This document shows, one piece after another, positions 56,235 to 64,000 of a stretch of 64,000 nucleotides of DNA (positions are counted from its first letter, which is position 1; each line of letters opens with the position of its first letter). The translations under genes and the position numbers were made by a program. The DNA lies in contig CM082583.2 in the NCBI GenBank assembly GCA_040954595.2, positions 9,038,254-9,102,253 of the forward strand, given 5' to 3'. Source of the stretch: Balanoglossus misakiensis. Its lineage: Eukaryota > Animalia > Hemichordata. The notes beneath the pieces are model-generated. The model did not search any database. It was not told the DNA's origin and saw only the letters and a program-made list of their open reading frames with translations.

Positions 56235-59200
56235 TATGTTACTTTTTGTTTCAGATATCAATGAGTGTGAAACAATTCCTTTCATTTGTTCGGGCGGAGA
56301 ATGCATTAATGAAGAAGGCGGCTTCAGCTGCAAGTGTCCCCAAGGTTTTATAGTGAGTAGGGATGGAACCAGGTGTGATCCTGATGGTAAGTTTAACAAA
56401 TCAAACAGCGTTGTCGGAAGCATTCGCTCATATGCTTCAACGCTTCAATGCTGCATTAATGCAGTTATATGAGCTCATACCACAGTCTCACTTTTCAAAC
56501 AACTTCAGCAGAAAACATGGGAGCCTCTCTGGTGTTCCATGTTGACTTCTGAATGCTTTTATCGTGAGACTTGTGGACTTGCTCATATAACAAAGACTTG
56601 CTGGCAGTTTTAACAATAACATCAGCTACTTGCTGCTTAACCCCTGCTTCAAATAAATGGCTTGCAGCTGTAAGTTTTTCCCTGTGCATGTGTTTCAAAG
56701 AAACAGGAGGAGGAGGAGGAGGCAATGGAGGAGGAGGAAATGGAGGAGGAGACGGAGGTGGAGGAAATGGAGAAGGAGGGAATGGAGGTGGAGGAAATGG
56801 AGGAGGGGGAAATGGAGGAGGAGGAAATGGAGGAGGAGCTATTATTGATGTCAATGAATGCGCAACCATCCCTGATCTGTGCAAAAACGGAGACTGCATC
56901 GATGAGATTGATGGCTACACTTGTCTGTGCCCAGATGGCTTTGAGCTCAACGAAAATGGGACTGTTTGTGAGGGTGAGTCGCTGCAGTGCATGGCTTTGC
57001 AAGCTCTTCTGAAACATGCTTATACATAAAGCTCGCCTGTGAACTGATGCTTTCATATGGCTGACACGCTGTGCCATGCTTTAAGAAAATGCTGCATTTT
57101 TGCTTGACTGGAATATTGACAAGCATGTAGAATCTTCTTTGTGTGAGTTGTACTTGTGTATTGATTATTTTCAGCGTGATAATTAACCTGCAACATGCCC
57201 GTGAAATCCATCACTTCCTGTGAAACAATAATGGCAGAAAGTTCTATTTGCGGTACAGGTATAACTTTTAACCTGGTATTAATCATACATTCAGAACAGT
57301 GAAATCGGATTATCCCACAGGTTTGTTTCAGGACCAGCACAGGACTTGTCACATGGGCAAGTTTTTGAGTTTATTTTGCTGTGCAGCTTTGCGTGTATTG
57401 TCACAAAAGTAATAATTTAATTATAAATCCTCTGACAAAAGTAGTTTTTGTTTCACATAGATCTGAGTAAAGCGTACTGCTTCTTGGCATCAAGCGGTGC
57501 TGATCAATGTACAAACCGAAGCACAGCCAAGACAACGTTACGTGATTGTTGCTGCTCGATACCAGGCAAAGGATGGGGTGACAAAACATGCAGACTTTGT
57601 CCATCGAAGGAGTCAAGTAAGTCACTGTCAAAATCACCTTTTTCCAGATTTCCAGATTAGAAGGGTTTGATGGAGATTTTACAGTACATGTACATGTTTC
57701 ACATATTTATGATGTCCTTCTGTCTTTTTGCTCCTCAGCGGAATATTCAGAAGTGTGCAAAAAGGCCGGACAAGTAATTCCACCACCACAGACTTTGAAG
57801 TACTGCGAACTTTTTGATCGTCTGTGTGATGATAATGGCCGTTGTATAGACGTTGTAGGCTCCTATAGATGTGAGTGCAATGAAGGCTTTTCATTGGACG
57901 AATTCCAAAGGTGCATCCCAGATGTCTGTGGAGCTGGATATGTCATGGCCGTTAATGGCGACTGTGAAGGTAGGTTTTCTTTGCTCAGTTTTCTGGCAAC
58001 ATTTCTTTTTAATTGTCACATCCCTCTCATCTTGTCACTGAACGGTAATGTCCGGAGCAAAATCTCAGTCACAAGACTGTCTGCGTATATGTATAAATGG
58101 CTATCCTGGCAAATTGCATGTCCTTTGTATGTTTCAATTAGGTCTGATAACGCAATCCTCTCTGAGTGTTCTTTATCAACTTGTGATTGCATAATGCAAG
58201 GAATAATAGGAATGATCTAAGGTGCATGGAAATGTGATGAAAAGAGTAAAGAGCTTGGATCTTAATCTTTAAAGAAAAGTATAAAAGATCTTCCTTTACA
58301 ATCAGACATGATAGGATTGTACTTGTATAAGTTGTAAGAAAGAGAAATTTGGAAGACCACATCTTTGCTCGGGAAGTCATTGCAGTGGATGCACTTATAT
58401 GCGTACGTGCACTGGAATAGTTTTCAGTCATGTGTTTCATTTATTAAATACACATACAGTCAAACCTGTGTTAGTGACCACCTCTATATAGTGACCACCT
58501 CTATATAGTGGCCACTTAGTTACAGTCCCTGTACAATTTACATGTGTATAAATTAACCTGTCTATAAAGACCACCTGTCTATAAAGGCCAGTTTGGTAAA
58601 GTCCCTTGACTGGTCACTATAGACAGGTTTGACTGTACTTTGAGTTCTTGTGCCTGTTCAATTATTCACCCAGTCAGATCAGGATATTCACACGCCGTCA
58701 CTTCCCCGCACTGAAAATGCCAAGCAGACAACTGTTGCTTTTTGTGGAAATCCCAGGTTGCAAACGTACGCTGACGCAGCAATCAGCAAACTCTATATAC
58801 AGCTTGTGTAGACTGTTATGGGTGTCATGCTGGGTAGCAGTGTGTGTGTGTGAATTATTCCAGATGTTTGACCTCTACATTCAGACCTTGTCTTGGATCA
58901 TAACCCTCCAATATACAGGCGTTCAGCGATGCCTGTGTGAATTCCGGTATATCCAGTTGCTGGATCAAATAACGAACGGAAATCAAGATACTGGAAATTT
59001 ATAGTTTTCTTGGGTATACATGTACTATTATTGCATTTTATAAAAAAAATTACTTGGTACTTTAAACATGCAATTATACCCAAGATAAATAAGTATTCAG
59101 ACAAACTAATACTTAAAAAATATAGCCGCGTAGTTGTGTGTATGGAGCCATACTTTATTCTCAGGGACCTCGAGAGTCATTGCCAAGGAGCAAAGTAAAA

Positions 59201-62200
59201 CTACATCCTCTGATACTAGTATACTGAGTTCCATTTTACCATCAAAGAGGTTTAAAATAAGTCAAATCTTGTATTCACGTTGGAGTGTCACAGACATATG
59301 ACAAAATGAGTTATTTATTTATTTTTCAGATGTTAATGAGTGTGAAATGGAAAACATTTGTGCCAATGGGAATTGTCAGAATTTACAGGGTACTTTTGAC
59401 TGTCTTTGTAATGTGGGATTTCGTCTGACCAGCGATGGACGTACATGTGAAGGTGAGCTATTTAATGTCTAATTTCAAGGATTATATTGGAATTAACCCC
59501 TTCTTGAGAAGTTCGGGTATATGTTATCCACCCTAAATTCTCTCTTATTTCCCTTCACTGCGGCCCAAACCCGCCACTCGGAAACAAATGACTTCAATCA
59601 CAGCAACAGCAATGCTGGTGTTTTGACTCCGCACAAGAGTCAAGTCAGACCAACTACAGTGCGTCTGTCGGATGATATTTCAATCAAGTCAAGTAGTGCG
59701 CTACTTGTACTTTTATGTCCATTAGATTCTACACCATGGGTACTCAGTTGGATATATCGTGAGGGAGTATGTCAGGGGTCAAGGAATTGACTGCAGACAT
59801 GTTTATCCATGAATGCAGACACTTTTGTAGTGTCACTGGCATTTACCAGTTTAACGTCTGTCTTTTGTGAACCACACACGCACACACACAAAAGGGTAGG
59901 AAATAAAACAGTTGTGAGAGTAAGTTTATCACTTTAGCTATCCAGGCTTATCAGTATAAATAGAGTAGACCTTAAAAAAAATGTTGATGATTTTTTTCTC
60001 TGAATCACATACACAGAAGTGTAGTATGTAGTCTGTTCTTCATCATGCTTCTGCTACTAACTATCGTCATCTGACAAGAGGGCGAAAGTGGTTATTGTGC
60101 TTGTCAGGGATTCATGAGTGTATATGGTTGCTAGATGTTCTGTTTTGTTTCGTCTTTGAAGTTAGCGTAAATGGTAAAAAGGCAATCCTGTTTAGGTCAG
60201 ACAGGTGGTGACATCAATTCTTTGGAAGATGACACCTCATAGTTATGAGCTTTTGAGTGAGTTGGTAAGCTTTTCATGATAAAATGTTCAGAACTTCGTG
60301 TCAAGTCAAACCTTCCTGAGGTGACACCATAAGTGTGTATGCTAGACCACAGAAAATGACCATGATATTTCACAGAATTTGGTTTGCATCTACCAGTATG
60401 TTCCAACTTACATGTATAGTCTTGCTAATTGACAGTCGCCATCAAATACAAGACAATGGACAGATGGACTGCTTTGGCATGTCTGAAACTCCATGTGTGG
60501 TAAATGTAAAATAGATTAAAGGATATAGGTGCTCATTGTAAATAGGCTAATGTGAAAGTACAAAGAACATGCATGAATGTTTTTCAATCAGAGATAGGAA
60601 CCTCTGATTGAAAAACATTCACATCTGGCTTGTTATTGACAGGTCAGTCTTGTAATACAATTTACATTACAACATATGGCATCTTTGGAATGTTCAGTTT
60701 GTCTGCCCGGAATGTGTGGTCCACTTTGTTTTTGTGTTTCACCTAATATTATTGATTAACACTCGTCTCAATGGACTCAAGTGGCAAAAAGTATATTCTA
60801 TTACAGTGTTTTGTTTTCTGAAGATAAGTCAGATGATTATTTATACATAATATTGTAACCTATCAGCATAATATTCGTGGCTCTTTTGGCCAGATTAATA
60901 CTAATAGTCTAGACTTATAGAACTGGGATAAAGTGACATCAAGGACATCTCCAGTCTACCTAGGAATCTCTCCTGGCTCTGCCCACTGGAAATCATTGTC
61001 CAGCCGTGTGCATCCAATTTTCTAACTTGGTGGGGAAGTATGACATAACTGGCATCTCCCTGGAGAGGATCACAGAATGTGTGATCATCTATTGAATAGA
61101 CAGTATTGAAAAACACATCAGATCAGCGTACACATATTGACTGCCCATGAGGGTAACAGTATACGTCTATCTACCCAAAGGGATTGTGGACTCACAGATG
61201 TCTTTGCAATACAAACTGACATTTTTGTTTTGCACGGTTCTCTGTGTGTGCACATGCACAGACAATTTGAGAGCAAATCATCAGTATTGTAATTAAAAAA
61301 AAGCTGTGACCAGCATTCAGAAGTGGAGAGTTTCTGACAAAAATTAACATAGTTGACTGTGTCTTTTTATAATCAACATTTTTGAAAATTGTTTTCTAGA
61401 TCTTTTGGACGATAACCTGTTTACTATCTCACACCCCTGGTTGGCACTTTCCCAAATATCTCATTAAAGCAGTTAGAATCCTTGCCCCTTCAGTTTTGAC
61501 CGCAAACACATTGATCACGATCAAGAGTTTCATACTGTGTGGTACCCACTGCAATTTAAGCCGCAGCTGAGTGATCACCGCCGAGTAATTAAGAACTTAA
61601 GTCTGAAAACCTTTAAGCATTAGATCACCCAGTCTTTGGTATTAAATAGCAAACTAATTATGCCCTGTTTTGTAGTTTGATCTGAAGCCCATTTTCAATT
61701 TAGCCGCGGTTTCAATGGCTTACATCCTCGCTATTGTGGCAGCAGAGTAACTTAAGACCCTGTTGTTCTGTCTTCCTGTGTTGTGTAAATGAACCTGGGC
61801 AGTGAAAGGAACAATCTGAAAACGGCCACAAAAGTCTTCTGCTAGTTGCCACCTTATTACCATCACAATTTCATTAAGTGTTGAATAACTCCATATGATG
61901 GTGCTGAGAAGAATCGATTCTATCTCTAAGTAGGAATACCCACTTGTAAGGGAAAAATCCTCTTTTAATGCAAACCTGGAAATTATGAGTTTAACTCATA
62001 AATGTAACTGTTTGGACGTGGGTCGTGTCAGCAGATTTCTGAGTATAGAAGTGCTTAGTTGATGCAAATAAAGAAAATGGCTATATTCCACTTTTATCTT
62101 CGGTTATTATTGTCAAAATTTTAGTTGTGTTTACTGACTTGCATATCTTCTGGCCTGTTGGGTATAAACTCAAAATAGACTTCGCAGTAGTTTGTCAAGT

Positions 62201-63323
62201 CTTGGGCCTTGTATAGGTAACACAGGAAATGACCTTGGAGAGTTTTACCTGCAGGGCCTTGCCTGGTCAAAGTTGGTCTCAATATGGAACGAGTTAGGCC
62301 TGGCAAAAACATTTGGCAATAATTGCAAATATGGATACAAGTGGCCTTGGTTTGGTTGAAGTTGTAATTGGCTTGTGGTATTGTTGTGTATCAATCACAG
62401 ACAATGGAAAGTCCAGTCTGATTTTTCTCTCTTTTTCATTCATTACAATTTTTACCTTCTTTTCCTCCAGATATCAACGAGTGCAGAGACAATCCTCAAG
62501 TTTGTCGTCGGGGTCAGTGCGTCAATACGCCAGGCAGTTACCGTTGTAACTGTGATGCTGGGTATCAACTCCATCCAGAAGGAAAATACTGTATAGGTAG
62601 GAGTATGAGGGAAAATTCAAGCATGTAAGATGTTTCCTGGGAATATTGCAAACTGCAAAGTGTAGTTCTTTATATGAAAGTTAATACTTTCCTGGAAGTC
62701 TGTTAAATATTCACATGTGTTTCTTCCAGATGCCATTGAGTGTGAAACTACAGGCATGTGTGAAAATGGACGCTGTGTACCCTATAATGGGGCATTCCGT
62801 TGCCAGTGCAATGATGGATATAAAGTGACAGCTCTAGGATGTGTAGGTAGGTACCATGTTAAAACATTAACCCAGAAGCTGACGTCAGTATAAAAAATAC
62901 AACCATTCTTGGCAGCTTGGAAATGAGACGTAGGTTTGAGCATTTGGATGTGAGTTGCGTTTGTGATGTGTGGATACTGGTAAAAAATCTTAGTAGTTTC
63001 AAATTGGCTTCAGATTATCGTGTTCACTAATCACAGCCCAGAGGTGTATAAAGCATACAAGAACAGGGAAATCTTGAAAATTGCTATGTTAGGTTATTTT
63101 CCAATGTTATTGAGACACTAAAGAGATTTCAATTTTTATGAGACTCACATCCATGATATGGTAACCTGTATGCATCCTATGTGCTTTATTGTTCCAGATA
63201 CCAATGAATGTGCCGAACAGCCCGATCTTTGTGACAATGGGTACTGTGAGAATACTCCTGGAAGTTTCAGATGTCAGTGCTATACTGGATTTGAACTTGA
63301 TGCTTCAGGACGTTTTTGTAGGG
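49764..63323 (+). CDS. FBN: fibrillin, 5' partial (16 coding exons in window, ~722 codons; continues beyond the window)
   Basis: join(49764-49766,50226-50377,53528-53610,53869-53988,54885-54989,55103-55198,55477-55674,55799-55924,56255-56386,56701-56973,57461-57616,57739-57969,59330-59452,62471-62596,62730-62846,63198->63323). Signal peptide, fibrillin N-terminal GPNVCGS..YCCPGW motif, 3 EGF, 9-Cys hybrid domain, cbEGFs and a TB (CCC) domain. This order is characteristic of fibrillin rather than LTBP. Confidence 0.93.
50226..50377 (+). CDS. FBN: fibrillin exon 2, signal peptide ([35 protein letters not shown]...NLING)
   Basis: Pyrimidine tract + ACAG acceptor; hydrophobic core ending VCA; GG|GTGAGT phase 2 matches the next exon. 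Confidence 0.85.
53528..53610 (+). CDS. FBN: fibrillin exon 3, N-terminal unique domain ([29 protein letters not shown])
   Basis: Matches fibrillin-1 GPNVCGSRYNAYCCPGW...NQCIVP; 83 nt. Confidence 0.96.
53869..53988 (+). CDS. FBN: fibrillin exon 4, EGF1 + IPGPQIPG linker
   Basis: [29 protein letters not shown]; CAG|GTAAGG donor. Confidence 0.93.
54885..54989 (+). CDS. FBN: fibrillin exon 5, EGF2
   Basis: [32 protein letters not shown]; alternative in-frame acceptor at 54890. Confidence 0.93.
55103..55198 (+). CDS. FBN: fibrillin exon 6, EGF3
   Basis: [31 protein letters not shown]; 96 nt. Confidence 0.96.
55477..55674 (+). CDS. FBN: fibrillin exon 7, hybrid domain 1
   Basis: DYRTGPCF...[36 protein letters not shown]; 9 Cys; 198 nt. 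Confidence 0.97.
55799..55924 (+). CDS. FBN: fibrillin exon 8, cbEGF1
   Basis: [28 protein letters not shown]...CE; phase 1-1. Confidence 0.97.
56182..56233 (+). repeat. (TCAA)13 microsatellite
   Basis: Perfect tetranucleotide repeat 21 nt upstream of fibrillin exon 9. Confidence 0.95.
56255..56386 (+). CDS. FBN: fibrillin exon 9, cbEGF2
   Basis: [32 protein letters not shown]...RCDPD. Confidence 0.96.
56701..56973 (+). CDS. FBN: fibrillin exon 10, Gly-rich (G4N)n tract + additional cbEGF
   Basis: Open frame ETG6N...[38 protein letters not shown]...CE; G|GTGAGT donor; acceptor at 56700 or 56706 (both in frame). Confidence 0.88.
56706..56837 (+). repeat. coding (GGA)nAAT repeat encoding the Gly-rich tract
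   Basis: ~15-nt period GGAGGAGGAGGAAAT; 44 codons, 35 Gly. Confidence 0.9.
57461..57616 (+). CDS. FBN: fibrillin exon 11, TB1 domain
   Basis: DLSKAYCF...[24 protein letters not shown]; CCC triad. Confidence 0.95.
57739..57969 (+). CDS. FBN: fibrillin exon 12, end of TB1, short Pro linker, EGF4 and extra half-EGF
   Basis: [76 protein letters not shown]. Confidence 0.92.
58457..58635. mobile_element. MITE of Tc1/mariner-pogo (Tigger-like) type, 179 bp
   Basis: Terminal inverted repeats CAGTCAAACCTGT...ACAGGTTTGACTG (extending to ~24 bp with TAGTGACCA); TA target-site duplication at 58455-58456 and 58636-58637; internal 17-bp tandem subrepeats; no ORF. Confidence 0.85.
59330..59452 (+). CDS. 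FBN: fibrillin exon 13, cbEGF
   Basis: [41 protein letters not shown]. Confidence 0.96.
60574..60621. repeat. perfect inverted repeat, 20-bp stem / 8-nt loop
   Basis: TGAATGTTTTTCAATCAGAG-ATAGGAAC-CTCTGATTGAAAAACATTCA. Confidence 0.9.
62471..62596 (+). CDS. FBN: fibrillin exon 14, cbEGF
   Basis: [42 protein letters not shown]. Confidence 0.96.
   Translation: MSTSAETILKFVVGVSASIRQAVTVVTVMLGINSIQKENTV
62730..62846 (+). CDS. FBN: fibrillin exon 15, EGF with degenerate Ca-binding consensus
   Basis: [39 protein letters not shown]. Confidence 0.93.
63198..63323 (+). CDS. FBN: fibrillin exon 16, cbEGF
   Basis: [42 protein letters not shown]. Confidence 0.96.
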
Positions 63324-64000
63324 GTAGGTTGACTATTTAAGAGCTCTGCACGTAACAACACTTGACACTATACCTCTACTCTATACTTTTCCAAATGCTG
63401 TTGGATAACTTTTTTGTAAGTTGAGGCTGCCAAAACATATTGACATCTACAATAGACAGTCTGGAATGTCTGGTGTTACAGAATATTGGGCAACAATACA
63501 GTATTCTGCATGACAAGGTTGCCCATTCTCACTTATCATAATGAGCAGCCATACCAACCATTTGTCAAATATATGAAATAATTTTAAACAAAAGTATTCA
63601 TAATGAACAGCTTGATATGCATTTCTTCAATAAATAGCCTTATAGTAAATTATTCAAATACAGTGGAAGTAATTTCCCATTATCAAAAACATTCCTTTTT
63701 TTGTACTGGCTATACATTCTTGGTTGTTTTTACGTTCAAAAACTTGTAGAGGGGCATATACACTGACTATTAGAATCAACATGATCATTTCAGGTTGAAT
63801 TATGGCCCTTCATGGTGTCTTCTTTCATTTAGCACCTTGAAACAAAAGCATTCCCAGACTAGCTGGTAGAAGTGCAAGTGTTTTGATGAGGAATATATGC
63901 AAAAGTCGTTCTGGGGGCGCTTCGAATGTGGTTGAGCTTAACCAATTACCAATGTTTTATTTATGTTGAGGCAGTGACCTGTGAATTGAAAGTCTAAACC

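Noticed and set aside
56495-57077. Poly-Pro, poly-Ser, poly-Arg and poly-Glu ORFs in other frames and strands
   Set aside because: They are shadows of the GGA repeat; only the Gly frame joins the cbEGF and fits the flanking exon phases.

Overview
This is animal genomic DNA, probably from an invertebrate bilaterian (deuterostome-like intron positions; taxon not determinable from the sequence). It carries two + strand multi-exon genes, reconstructed by hand from GT-AG junctions and reading frame. (1) A complete Groucho/TLE corepressor gene: 21 coding exons, ATG 9029 to TAA 42716, 2223 nt, about 740 aa, with Q, GP, CcN, SP and WD40 regions, two ~11.8-kb introns and two microexons (27 and 17 nt). 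(2) The 5' part of a fibrillin gene: 16 coding exons, 49764 to >63323, continuing beyond the window. The most interesting signal is a splicing/polyadenylation switch at the groucho GP/CcN boundary. A frame-essential 17-nt microexon has a distant branch point and a 229-nt AG-free zone, and sits just downstream of candidate stop-containing terminal exons with AATAAA. One gene could therefore make either full-length Groucho or a ~200-aa AES/TLE5-like Q+GP protein. The fibrillin has a non-vertebrate layout: a (G4N)n glycine-rich tract plus an extra cbEGF before TB1, a half-EGF after EGF4, no N-terminal furin site, and a start codon alone at the end of exon 1. Also present are a TA-flanked MITE, a perfect 20-bp hairpin and several candidate regulatory clusters. 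Almost all other ORFs in the ORF track look spurious. Comparisons to vertebrate genes are from memory and need database confirmation.
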